Assembly: GCF_040938485.1 (NCBI RefSeq)
Contig: NW_027271434.1
Span: 1,178,001-1,242,000, forward strand
Source: Diadema antillarum
Taxonomy: Eukaryota
Direction: 5' to 3'
DNA length: 64,000 bases
How positions within the stretch are numbered: the first letter of the stretch is position 1; the number at the start of each line of letters is the position of its first letter. Positions 36,444 through 49,600 of this stretch are shown piece by piece. The notes beneath the pieces were generated by a model, which was given only the letters and a program-made list of their open reading frames with translations, made no database searches and was not told the DNA's origin. Both the position numbers and the translations under genes were made by a program.

Positions 36444-39400
36444 ATGGGAGTAAGTATGAATTATTTTCATTATTTTTACTTTACTGCTACAGCCAGACGA
36501 CTCCTCTTGACCAGGTTCACTAACAAAAATAAAAACATTTAATTAGCGCTCATGGACCACGGTTAGCTAGAGACCTACAGTACAATGTAGAGGGCTAGGT
36601 TACTAAATCCTTTCTGTAATCACAATAATTCAAATCCAATGATCAATCTATTTACTTAGATCATAAGTAACATAATGAGTATCTCACAGCTAACATTTTC
36701 TAGTCAAAACTTCGGGTTGGTGAAAGCAAGCATTATGCATGGTTTGTCACGAACATTTGTAAAATTTTAATTTTAATTTAATTTTGAGTTTACAATTTAA
36801 TACTGCTCGATTAGGGTAAAGTCTCGCACCGATAATATAGGGCCATAAAGTGCATGATTGCTGTTAACGTACTGCCTACTGCACTGCACTGCCTGGTTGT
36901 CATTGGTTGCATTAATCCAAACTGAGCTGACTTTAAGAACATGATGTGATGATCACGATGATGATGACATTTGATGTTAATGGTGGGGCGGTATTGCAGT
37001 AGATGCCCTGATGCGTCGAATATGCATCATCTGCTGGTGCTACAGACCAGTGTTGTGCTACATCATTTACCATTTTATTTGCAAGTTCACTGGTGGTGTA
37101 TAGCTGTTGTATACAGCCAACTCAGTGTAGTGTACACTAACACTAGCTGTCTTGGCATGCGGTGAGGTGACAATGGTGTAGGGTTGTCATGGGTGTATCT
37201 GTGGTAAAATTTAATGGCCATGTCAATGCAATATATATGTGACACTTCATACAACTGTGTGTTTATTGTTATGTCTATACATTGCATATATACAGTCAAA
37301 CCTGTCTATAGCGGCCACCCAAGGGAAACGAAAAAAGTGGCCGTTATAGACAGGTGGCCGCTATAGACAGGTTATCCAACTACATGTGTGCATTGCCTAT
37401 ACATGTACATGTACACGTATCATCGTATACATCTATAAGTACTTAGTGTATATGTACATGCGTAAGTATGCACACGTGCCATGTGTTTCATGCATTGAAC
37501 AATCCCGGTGTTTATGAAGTTGCACAGTAGCATGTTGTACAATCGTGAAGAAAGCTTAACACTAGCGCATTATTATGACTGAATAAGTGATGAATGCAGA
37601 GGTGATGATCACTGAACGTTGCCCATGAATGACTGGCACGGCCACATATCAGAAAAAAACTGAATTACCGGCTCTGTGGCCGCTATAGACAGGTTAAAAT
37701 CTACCGCGGGAAACAAAATTTGTGGCCGCTGGCCGCGTTAGACAGGTGGCCGCTATACACAGGGTCTTTAACAGGGCTTTTCTCTCGGGGGGATTTTTCA
37801 GTGGCCGCTGTAGACAGGTGGCCGCTATAGACAGGTGGCCGCTAAGGCAGGTTTGACTGTACATGTATATGCAAATCATGTTGTGTCTAGTCTAGACTCC
37901 CAGGCAAGTCATACTGTAAAAGTGGATATTTTCGCGTGACTAATTTTTCGCGCTTGGCCGGGTCGGAAGAGTTTCGCGTGTTTTTAATTCCGCGGAATCA
38001 AGACATCACGCACAGGCACATATGGCAAGCAAAAATGTTCGCGTGCTTTTATTTTCGCGCTAGTTTCTGGTTGTGCGAAATGCGCGAAAATTTGAACACC
38101 GCGAAAATTTCCACTTTTACAGTATTATGTAACCTCATGCAACCACATGCTATTGGCCTGTTCCATATGTTATTATGCAGATCATAGCTTCAGCATGTGT
38201 CTCAGCATGCATTCCAACATTCTCACCTATTTACAATATTGCTCATCATAAAAATGAAATATCTTTATTGGTACATGACTGGAGACAGTGAGCCTGCAAT
38301 AAAACACTGGAGCTGGAGACTGACACACCTCCTCTGTTCCTTCCTTATTTTGGAGTCACTCGTAGCTATATAGTTATGTTCATGTGTAAACCCACAATAC
38401 AACATTTATGTATTTTTACATTTTAAAACATCTTACTATGCACAGGTCGACACTGGCAAAATGCTGAAAATTATGAGGCGTAATGCTATTGTGTACTGTA
38501 AACATCAATATTTTTGTGTGATTTTTTGCCCTTAGCGGCTCAAAAACATATTCGTGGGTTCTTGAATTCGCGGTGCGCAATTTATTGACTGATTCAGAAT
38601 TTACAGAGAAAATTTTGAAGATATTTTCATGGGTTTTCAAATTTGTGCTAGCCAGAAGTAGCGCAAAATATGCAAAAATTAATGTACCACAAAAATTAAG
38701 AACATGTCATGGATCAATCGGTAGGAATTTATTTTGTTCTTTACACACTAGACAGCCACTCAATTCGTTTAAATCTCAGTGGTCATAATTCTTGATTGGG
38801 AAAGACTCTCATATGTCATCCACTATATTATTTTGCCATTTACCACTGTACACAACCTTACCATGTTAGGTAAATCTGATGCACACGGATGCACACACGC
38901 ACATATATTTGGCAATTCTTTTGGACAGTGTGTATCCCTACGTACGCTAACACAAGCCTGGGGTAGTGTAGAGTGGAATGGCAAAATTAAGCTGGAGTAA
39001 CGTAAAGAATTTAATCTTTTCCGACATTGAGTAAGACTATAGGCCTATATGTATGTTCAAATGATGAAAAATAACTTCTTTGCTGTCTGGTGATTAGATA
39101 GATAGAGAGCTGCAAAATATAACCCGCAGCCAGTATCATTTAATAATAGAAAGCCATCATTTTTTATTAAGTGGTCTGTTTTTCTTCTTTTTTTCTTATT
39201 GAAATTCAGCGTAAAAGTGCAAAGGGCAAGGAGAGGAAGCAGAAGCGGAAAGAGGTAAGATGAAGAAAATCTGGATCCTTCTTTTTATAACCTCATAAAG
39301 ACGAGCTGATATTGTTATAAAAGACATTTCCCATTGACACCTGCCTGAGACTTTGAGTACATTGTACTAGTATACACTGGACTTTTCTTCAAGTGGTTAA

Positions 39401-42400
39401 TGGAAGGAATTCATCAACCATGGAGCTAGTTTCATGCATGAACATTATTGCAAGTCACCAAAATTGAATAAGTGTTTTAATGCACCAATTTTTTAAAAAC
39501 TTATTTCTCTATTTCATATGCTGTAAAGCAAGATATTTTTGCAACATGAAATTTTCATGAATTGGAGTCAATGGCCTTTTTCATGGCATGAAAGTTTTGT
39601 GAATTGCCACTCAGTGCCATTCAGTGCGTATAGTGCAGACAAGAACTATACACTTTTGCAAATCTTGGCTCTTGCAAAATTCATGAAATTACAATGCATG
39701 CTATCCCTTGTGGTTTCGTTTGACAGTACCCATCCGCAGTGGCGGATCGGGGGGGGGGGGGGGGGGGGGGTGCACTGGGCAAGCATCCCCTCTTTATTTT
39801 TCATTAACCCATCGAGAGCGGTTTGATTTTTCTACAAGATGCATTTCCCATAGACTCCTGCCCAAGTATACTTGGGACTGTGCCTCAATGGGTTAAAACA
39901 AAAGAAATAAAGAGAAAAATCATGGGGGGCACATTTATTCCCCCCCCCCCCCAATTTTGTAAAGGTGCCTCCCCTTCACAGAATTCCTGGATTTGCCCCT
40001 GCATCCGTTCAGACACTGCCCATCAGTATATGAAACTGCAATCAATAAAAATAAGTGTTCCATATTATCAACAAACTGTTGATGTTTGCCTACACATGTA
40101 CTTTTCCAAAGATACATTAGACTTGACTAAAGCAAATATTACCATGGTACCCGGCGGGTACCAAGGCGTGCCTAATCATATTGTGATTTCTCTTGGTCAC
40201 ATTAGGAGCAAGCCAAGTTTGCAGCAGCGAGGGTTCTTGTCGATGCAGCTAATCAACTTGATGATCCGATGGAGAGCTTGGCGCCGCCATTCAAGAAATA
40301 TGAACAGAATGGGTGAGGTTTTTAATCAAGCTAAATTCTCTTTATTTTTGTGGCTATTTACTCATGATTGATGGTGGTATCAACAGGTATAGCTGGGTCC
40401 TTGTTGAATGTGTGAAAGTCAGCCACATGTCATGCATATCGATATTAACTTGGGTATAATAAACTTGGGTATATAACTTGGGTAATAACTTGGGTATAAA
40501 ACTTGGGTAAAATACCATAAGAGGAAATTATTGATAAACTACACTAATGGTGAAGAATTCTTATGTGTGCAACAAAATGAATACAAGTAAAAACAGTGGA
40601 GAGGTTATTAGAAGTTCAGTGAAATGATACCATGACCAAAGAATGTGCAATATACTGCTATATAAGCATAAGCTTCCTTTTTCCTAATCACAAAAATCAT
40701 AAATTTTCAGTCACTATGATCTCTGTTTGTGTGTGTGTGTGTGTGTGTGTGTTTGTGTGTGTGAGGGTATTGGACACTTGTAACGTTAGGTGCTAACTTT
40801 TGATGTTTCCCCAGGCTGTCGGTATCCATAGAAAGCAAGAAGGTGACAGATCTGGAGAAGGATGTTACAGATTGGATATTCAACCTCACCAAGACCAATA
40901 TGCAGTCGTTGTAAGTCTCCTTCCACTAAAAACACAGCAGTCAGCCTGATTTAAAACTAAGAACGATTGTAATACTTAATTCCAACTCTTAGTATTTTCA
41001 AATATTTCTTAATCTTTTATTTGGGACAAATGTGTCATGCGAGTTGTTCTGTACATAAGTACTCTTTGAGTCATGATATGCTTCAACAGGCGTGATTGAG
41101 AAAAGGTGCTGTACATTTCTTTGTATCTAGACCTGTTGGAAGAGCATATTCTACAAAAACTCTTGCACATTTTTATTTGCCACAAGCAGGTTGTCATTGC
41201 GTATGCAGAGCGGCTTTTCTCCATGTGATAACTATTATTTTCTAAAGCTCTGAAGTCGCAAGCTTTGAGGACACAAATAGATGCAGAAACTTTCTGTGTT
41301 TTCTTTTCTTTGAGAAATGATGGTCTTCACAACTTTGCATGTGGAAGTGCCTGCAATTGAAAAAGAACTCTATGTAAAAACCAAAGGTGATGAGAAAGCT
41401 CTTTTTTTTTCCATCTGCTTGCTCCAGTGACGGCTTGTTACCAGAGTTTGATATGACATGGCATGACAGTGTAAGTTTTTTATCTTGATATCCGATCTCT
41501 GCCTGTCCCATCCACAGTTACGAGTCCAGTGAATGGGGATGGAAGGAGCGAGAAAAGAAGGAGGAGTTGATGGATGAGCAAGCCCGCTATCTGGTCGCCA
41601 GGACAGTTGACGACGGCAAGCTGGTTGGATTCTGCCATTTCAGATTTGATATGGACTATGAGGATGAGGTCATCTACTGGTGAGAGACCGATGATATCAT
41701 AATTTTTCTTTTGGTTAGAATTGTATGAAATTTATCTAGACAAAAAACTTCATGTAATTGATAAGCAAGTGCCGTAATAGAAAGTCACTATATACATATT
41801 CATGGTTTGCATTATATATGGGATGATATACTCGTAGTATCTGATGATTCTTTGTTACCAATATCATGCATTTGCTCATTTTTGCTTTTGTGATTGGTAA
41901 TATCTATGGACAAAATGGTGTGTGAAGGGAATGATAACATACAATGAGTTATACCAAATCAGTGGAAACCAAGCGTGTAATTCTCATTGCAACATTGGCT
42001 GGCAGTTTTTTTTCTACAGTTATACCTAACTTCTGATAGAAATTTTCATGTTGCAAATTCAAATCTGTGGATGTTAGCAAATACATGTGAAAATAGCAGA
42101 CTGCTTTCAAATGTCACTTTAAATTCCAAATGCATTGTGGGAATCAAGTGGCTAAATATCTCTTTATCATAATCAGAATTGTGATATAGTCTTTACTGGG
42201 GATGTTACCTGTTCCACAACCATGAAAGTATTGTTAAAGCTGTATTATGAATCTATGTGATGTATTGCCATGGGAAGGCAATCAATGTATTTGACCATTT
42301 TATTTTTGTGAGTATGATTTTTGAATTAGGACTTGTAAGACAATTTCACAAGTTGTGAATGTGCTCCATTATAATAAAATGCGGGGATCACGTATCAAAT

Positions 42401-45400
42401 TACGTAATGGAACAAACATTAACAGAGCATCTCTGCATGGGTGTGAAATAACTTCAAGTTTCAGTGTTTGAATAGAAATTGCTGTGCATTTCCTCCCTGT
42501 TGCACAAACCGTTTCCGATTAGCAAATCTTTCAGAATATTGAACATTTCTTTTATTCGTGGATTAACGAATAAGAACCATATTTCAGTCTCGGACTTGAA
42601 AACTTTCAATATAACAAATCTTGGGTATAAATGAACCTTCGGAATAACAAACCTTAGGAATAATTTGACCTTTGTATCACAAACTGTAACAGAGTCCTAA
42701 ACCATTACTTTCATTCATGTGTATTCATACTAAGCATGAAAGTGCAAATAACTTTATTCTGTCCCTGAATTGTAGAGTCTCAACGAAATTAATGAGATGG
42801 CACATCAATTAACATTGATTTTTGGTGTATATAAGCGTTGAATAAACAACATATATATACGCATAGTTTGCGTGTCTTCATCACATATTGTATTTGTGTG
42901 GTTATAGAGAAATTTCGATATAAGTCATAACGAAAGAAACCTGCCAGTCCCGAGGACTTTGTTTTAACGGGAGTGCACTGTACTGGTGTTTCTGTCCCTG
43001 AATGAGAACACTAACACAGATGGTTTACCTTTCAGACGTGAATCTTGATATTATGTCACTTTTATCAGCTCTCTCGTCTTTTTGCCTTTCTCCTTTTCAT
43101 CCATCATGGTTCCAGCTACGAAATCCAGCTTACAAAAGACGTAAGAAGGAAAGGACTGGGCAAGCGTCTCATGCAAATCCTTGAACTCCTTGCATTCAGG
43201 TCAGTTTTAATATTGAAAAAAAAAAGAATATCACAAACAAAAAAGTTTGCATTAGGATGATCTTTGAATGTATCACAGGAAAGATATATGACAAAGAGAT
43301 AAAAAATGCATATGATAAAAAGTGTAACAAATTTGAGCATAGATGGTAATTCCATTTTTCCATATTTCTATGTGCCAGTTATGAAGGCTTCCTTTTTAAA
43401 TCAAAATTTAAGATGGAATTCTGAAAAAAAAAAACAACTCAAAATGTAGAATAGAAGATTGAGAATTGCTTCAGACACACTAAAGCTTTACACCTGGCAT
43501 GATTATTTTACTATAGTTTGGAAACGAAAATCTTTTGATAATATCAGGGTTAGCTGTATCCACACTATTGAGCAGTTACATTCACTTTAAACTCATCTTC
43601 GATAGTTGAGTGTCACATTAAAGAATTTTATTGAAAGGGAACAGTTTTGGTTCACGGTTTTTTTTTGTTCATTCATGTGTATGTGATCTTATCTCTGTGC
43701 CTTTCAAAGTCATTTGAAGTTATAACTTGAGTGTGCCTTGATGTTAAATCAATGATGCTTTCTTCCTCCAGGACACAAATGAAGAAAGTAATGATCACAG
43801 TCTTCAAGAACAACACAGCTGCAGCAAATTTCTTCACCAAAGTTATGAAGTAAGTTCATGAATGAACATCCCTTGTTTCCCTGATCTCTTGTTAGGAATT
43901 TCACTGTTGCATTGTTCAGATCATTTCTGTGCATGACGTGCATTCTGTGTCATTTCCAGCTATTATTGTGCGTGGAATTATCCAAGGCTGCACACTGGCC
44001 CAGTCTGACGATCAAGACGATCAAGTAACTATTCAGGAATACTAGTCTGACATGACCAGTAAAAAAAAAGAATTAATAAAAGAAATAAAATAAATAAGTC
44101 TTTGTCGGAGCCAGTCGAAAAAGGAAAAGTTCGATGAAGGGAAGATATGGGCTGCGTTTATCTAAAAACTTTCTGAGGCAGAATCACGATCCTAAACGCG
44201 TTTGAGGCATTTTCAGGGGTTAGATAAACGCAACCGTGTTTTCAAACGCGTTTTGAAACGCCTTTCAAATGGCGTTTTGAAACACGTTTGAGACCACAAT
44301 CACCGTTCTGTAAGTAGATAAATGCAATGCCGTTTTGAAACGCGTTTATATCTCAAGGTCAAATCCCAGCTGTTTCCGGTTGTGCTCTCTTCCCATTATT
44401 TGTGTGTGACTGAGGAGGCATGTTTGGTGGTATGCAGTTGACCTTTACTTCCCGGGTCAAACGGCGCAAAGCAGCTGCGCAGTGACACCATTCGAATCGC
44501 GATTGTATGATGGTTAGATAAATGCGGCTCCCCGAGAATCGCGTTTCAAACCACATTTGCAAACACTGTTCCAAACGCGTGTTGAAACGTGATTCTCTCT
44601 CAAGTTAGATAAACGAAGCCTGAAAGACAATCACATTCTCTCACAAGTGTTACGCAAGTGATCGTATCAGGTTTTGCTGGCCCATCAGCGTCTAAATCAT
44701 CAGTGTCTTGTACAATGCATCAGGCTGGATGAGAGGGAAATTTGACACATATGCCATCATGCCATGCAAGCAGGCCAGGCTTGTGTAGATTTTCATGAAA
44801 GTAGAGTCGATCAATAAATGTTGGCTACCAGGCAAAGGAATGCATGTACACAGTATGTATGCATTCCTTCACTCCCCACCAGGTCATAAACCACATGTAA
44901 ATTGCATGGGGGCCCCATCCCAGGGAACAGGGTATATGCTTTACAAGTCTTGGTCCGTCCCCCCCCCCCCCTCTTTTTTCAGACGTGTACAGTAAGTTTT
45001 ATGCTCAGACCGGTGAAAATGGAAAAACTGGGTATATACTAGTCCGACAGGGACTTGTTGGACCAGTAGAAAAAATTGGTTTGTGTGCAACCCTGAATTA
45101 TCCCTTGATACAAACATCTTCCATGTTTTCCATGTATGCACATGTCACAGCTAACCTGCCGTTTGTTACTTGTTAAACTTACGTTTTGTTCTGTATTCAT
45201 GCCAAATTGGTTGTCAAAACTGACAGACATGTCTGTACTCTGGAATAAGTAGCTGGCCATTCAATTTCTTTTGGGGAAATGTGTCCTTTCCAGTGGATTG
45301 AGTGAAAGCTGCAACATCATTCCTGTTTTAATGAATATAGATTTCATTTGTTGACATTCTGTTTCAGATACTGTAAAATTAGAAATTTTCTTGATGTTGA

Positions 45401-46445
45401 AATTTTCGCGCATTTTGCACAACCAGAAACTAGGGTGAAAATAAAAGCACGCAAATAATTATGCTTGCTATTATGTTATAGTAGTTCATGTCTTTGTTTC
45501 CGCGGAATGACAGATTAGATTGATTGGTCTTTTGCTAATACAGTAGGACCTTGAATATATGACTACCAATTATCCAGAATCTCTGTTAGCCGGATGTCAA
45601 CTGGCTTACTTTTTGTAATGTTTTCATGTTTTTTTGTTCCAAGTCTCACTTAAAACAATCACACGTTCAACCATTATTGTGCAAATACGCAATGCACATA
45701 CTCCAATCATCGCCGCAGACTGTAACTTTTAAGTCAGTTCATCAGATGATGTCAAAGACTGGTGCTGCGCTTATCACTAGCACCGAGTGCACGGCAGTGG
45801 TTACAATACAATGAAGCGGCAGTATTCGATGAGTCGCAATATTAATATCATTGTTGGTCAATATCAAACAAACAATGCATGAAGGGACATTTTACTTGTA
45901 TGTCGTTTTATTTCCGTATCATTTCTGAAATATGCTTCATGACGATGTCATGCAGATAATCATAATATTGATTGAATTGATAATAACATGTGTATACACG
46001 TGTATATCCCTCGCATGATATGTTAGAAAGTGCTGTATTTGAGCTTCTGTATCTCTCTTATCCAGCCAAATTGATTATCCAGTCACCTGCCGGTCCCCAT
46101 GTGGCCAGATAACGGAGGTCCTGTTATACATGTCATCAATACTAAACAAACAAAGACTCTGATGAAGATGGACCACTTATGTCATTCGGTCCCTGCATTC
46201 GAGAAACAAACAAAACAAACAAACAAATGAGGATCACAGGCAGCAATTTATAATCTGTCCTTTCACCCTGTTTTCATGATAGGTATGAGATTGACGAGAC
46301 CTCTCCAAGTATTTACGACCCCATGAGTGATGAGGACTACGAGATCATGAGCAAAGAGGTCACCACAAAGAAGTCAGCTCCTGGTCCAAGAACCTTTAAA
46401 TGTCGGGCTAGTCCATCAAGTCCATGTTGTGTTAAGTGCACTTAG
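36444..46445 (+). CDS. NAA40: N-alpha-acetyltransferase 40 (NatD, histone H4/H2A N-terminal acetyltransferase), 246 aa
   Basis: Exons 36444-36449 (MG), 39210-39254 (RKSAKGKERKQKR), 40206-40312, 40815-40910 (WIFNLTKTNMQ), 41518-41679 (YESSEWGWKEREK...FCHFRFD...DEVIY), 43116-43199 (CYEIQL...RRKGLGK), 43772-43849 (QMKKVMITVFK) and 46283-46445 (YEIDETSP...YEIMSK). All GT-AG, 741 nt in frame. Confidence 0.95.
37293..37859. mobile_element. pogo/Tigger-like MITE with TA TSD
   Basis: TA|CAGTCAAACCTG ... CAGGTTTGACTG|TA; subterminal AGACAGGTGGCCGCTAT repeats. Confidence 0.85.
37914..38122. mobile_element. TA-flanked CTGTAAAA MITE
   Basis: TA|CTGTAAAAGTGGA.ATTTTCGCG ... CGCGAAAATTTCCACTTTTACAG|TA. 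Confidence 0.85.
39737..40001. mobile_element. CAG(G/T)GGCGGATC-family TIR element with an exact 6-bp TSD
   Basis: CATCCG|CAGTGGCGGATC ... GATTTGCCCCTG|CATCCG. Confidence 0.8.
40447..40512. repeat. Short tandem array of AACTTGGGTA(T)A units (5 copies)
   Basis: Direct reading of the sequence. Confidence 0.8.
44149..44621. mobile_element. Harbinger-like MITE, TSD not recognisable
   Basis: TIRs (G/A)GGCT(G/T)CGTTTATCTAA with internal TAGATAAA(C/T)GC repeats; the flanks do not match. Confidence 0.55.
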
Positions 46446-46474
46446 CTATGAAGTCAGCAGAGGACATCAACATA

Positions 46475-46667
46475 CTGTAAAACCATAAATGTTTGCATGC
46501 ATGAAACTTTCGCGAATTTCGAGAGGAGCCACAATTGGCAAAAGTAAAAAAAAAATGTTTGTCTTCACATTATGCATTGAGTAGCAGTGGTGATTGGCGA
46601 AAGTTTCATGCCACGGAGTAGGCTGGGGATTCCAATTTGTGAAATGTTCATGTTTCTGGTTTTACAG
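46475..46667. mobile_element. CTGTAAAA-family MITE just downstream of the NAA40 stop codon
   Basis: TA|CTGTAAAACCA...ATGAAACTTTCGC ... TGGTTTTACAG|TA. Confidence 0.7.
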
Positions 46668-49600
46668 TATTCTCCATGGAGAAGCTGCATAGCTTCGGTT
46701 TGGAGAAAAACAATTCCCGAGCTACATTTGTCGTTCTTGCATGCGAGATGTTTGCAGACTTCTGTCCAGGTTTGTGCTTGAAGCAGACATTTTGGTCTTC
46801 CATCCTTCCATTTGTTGGTACCAGTATATCTGCAGATGTACCAAAACATGGATGACAAAAAACCGAGGGGGGGGGGGGGGGGAACAGAGTCAAGCTTTGA
46901 GAAGATTTTCTGAAGCCGAAGTTAATGATGTTGTATGTAAGGCAATGGAAGACCTCTCTCTGAAAGTTTGCTTGAGGCAGAACAAATTTGTCATCATCCA
47001 TGTATTGGCATATCTGCAGATATACTATAAGGAGAGAAACTGTGCTTGCAGTGTGAAGGCTAGTACAAGTTTCACACGCAGGTTGTGCTTTCTCAGTATC
47101 TCATGAAATGCTGGCCTCCTTCAGTTCACAAAAAATTGTACACCAAAAGGGGTAATTTTTGAAAATTGTGGAAGCTGTTTGAGCATCCTTTTGGAATTTC
47201 ATCATGGTCGCACAAGAAAAAGAAAAGAGAAAGGTGCTTGTGTGATACGAGCACCTGTTTTTGCACCCTAAAAGTCATTCATGCTATGTACATGTATATT
47301 TGAAATATTTCAGTCAATCTTAGCCGGGACAGTTAAGTGGCAGCCAGAGATTGATTGTTTGCATTGACAAAATATGTGATTGGTTCAAATTCATCTGTCA
47401 AATATTTATAGAAATGAGAAGTCATGGTGCAGTTCAATCTACAGAGTATACTCTGATTTTCTTAGTTAATTTTGTAGTGTTCTCCAATTTAATTTATTGA
47501 TGGGACTTTTACTGACAATGGCTCAGGAATCAAAATTTATTCTGTAGTTTGTTATACGGGAAACTCAAACATGTGGCTCACTTGTTATGTAGCATTATAA
47601 ACACAATGCATTGTAATGAACATTGTAAGAGAGGCACAATGTGCATTTTTGCCTTACAGCATGTACTGTATCATGATCAAGACCTTGAAGCCTTGTTCAA
47701 ACTTTTATCATTGACATAATTATGTTCTTGTATAAAACAGTCCATATTAGTTCACTCTGTAACCTCAAATAGTGTGTACATCTGTGTCTTTTTTCAATTT
47801 CTCAAAGTTTATCACTTTTTTTTTTCATTCCTAGAAACTTATCTTGTGGTGTGTTTTCTTGAGAGTCTTTACTTCACTACATATATAGAAACAATGCATG
47901 TTGACATGGTGTTACATATTCTGCATCATGTCCATAACTCAATAGCCATTGCTTGAAATTAAGTCAAATCTGGTTAATGAAAGCAAACTAAGTTGTGTTA
48001 GAGATGTTTAATATTGGGTCACATCTAGAATGGGCTGGGGCGGTGTAAATTTCCCATCGTTGGCATTACACATACTCGGGGAAACTCACCAAGTGTGCAT
48101 AAACCTAAACAGTTTGTGTCAAAGTTCAACAGTTAGCGGTCAAGAACAAATTCTGAGGGCATACTTTCTGTAGGTATTTGCAGATTTTTATTTCTTTTAA
48201 TGAAAGTCAAACACTCCACTTGAACAGGCCAGCTATGATGGGCTAAGGGTTGGTTTGTGAGTAATACTCAAAACATCCAAGGATCAAATTTATGCATGTG
48301 GCAGAGAATACGTATGTAATCAATATCCACCAGTAGACAAGTTTAACATGCAAAAAAGTGGTCAATGAAATGAAAGCAATTGACATTCCGATTGACACTG
48401 AGGCTCGTTTCTCGATAATGTGGTCTTAAATTTCTTTTTTTATTGTCATTGTTAGAAGCATTATTCTGTCCTGTTGTGGTTTTGCAGACAATTGCAAAAT
48501 TGACTACAGAAATTCATACTGACATACACATATCTCATATTTGAGATTGATTTCATCAGGGACAAGGTGACGAAAAAAATTGAACTGCAATCTCATCTTT
48601 AGAATCGTCACCCATGCCGTGTGATGTCTGCATAATATTATGTGCCATATTTTGTTTTTTGTTTGTTTTTTTGCATAAAAACTGATTTGCAAAGATGTTC
48701 CTGATGTACACTGAAAATGTCAAACAGTTTGTTGGATAGAGAGAGTCACCTCCATGTTCAAGTTGACCAAATAACATCAGTGGAACCTGAGTAAGACTGA
48801 ATAAAGCGAAATAGCTGTTTGAAGGGTTAATTTTACAGGCCCGAATTCCTTTTATATTCTTTTGTTTTTATTTGCTGTATAACATTACCCAATTTAATGA
48901 GGAAATTTCAGGTCCAAGCAGCTTGTTGCAATGAGGTTCCTCTTTTTAATAGTGACTTGAAAAATTATTTGCTGATATCAAGATATGTGTGTATGTGTAA
49001 GGCATGTTATTTTCTTTGTATATCTGAGACTAGTGTTTCTTCAAAAACATTCTTAATTTTAATGAATCTGTTTAGAAAATGAAATTCAATGTTCTAGATA
49101 CTGTTTTCCTCTAACGTCTTCAGGAATTGTTTTCGTTTTAGTTTAGCTTGAGAAAAAAATATCAAAAACTTACAAAGAAGTCATGTAAAGGTGAAATGAA
49201 AATATTGTAATGCTGCTGAAACAGTGAAAGAAACATTGCTGCAGCAAATTAAAGTAGATTTATGTACATCATGTGGTGACTTCATTAAAAATTGTACATA
49301 GTCCTTTACTTGAATGAAAATACACTACTTTTTCCTCTTCAACATTGGTCTCTGACTTTAAGACTTCCTTTTGATGTTGTGAATTTTAAGGACTACTGCT
49401 TGCACTGCACACTTCTAGGTGATCATGGTATTCAGTCTTGTTCATATATGGTCGCTAAAGTTAGTGTAAGCAGAAAATTCAATTAAATGTATATCCACAT
49501 ATATGTACATGTTTATAATCAATAGCCGGTGAACAGTAAAGATGCTTTGGAAACTTATACTAGACACCAACTCGTAATTGTCAATGCAAAAATTTTTTAG

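Noticed and set aside
37293-37859. Repeated AGACAGGTGGCCGCTAT and TTATAACGAA units that look CRISPR-like
   Set aside because: They are subterminal repeats of TA-flanked MITEs in a eukaryotic genome, with no unique spacers and no cas genes.
39823-40371. 182-aa ORF on +
   Set aside because: Overlaps a MITE and reads NAA40 exon 3 in the wrong frame.
46155-46212. CTGATGA...GAAA resembling a hammerhead core
   Set aside because: No convincing stem II closing next to GAAA and no stem I or cleavage triplet.
22383-46282. Possible intronic snoRNAs in RRP36 or NAA40
   Set aside because: Isolated C-box-like words were seen, but no matching D box with a terminal stem; needs a snoscan or Infernal search.
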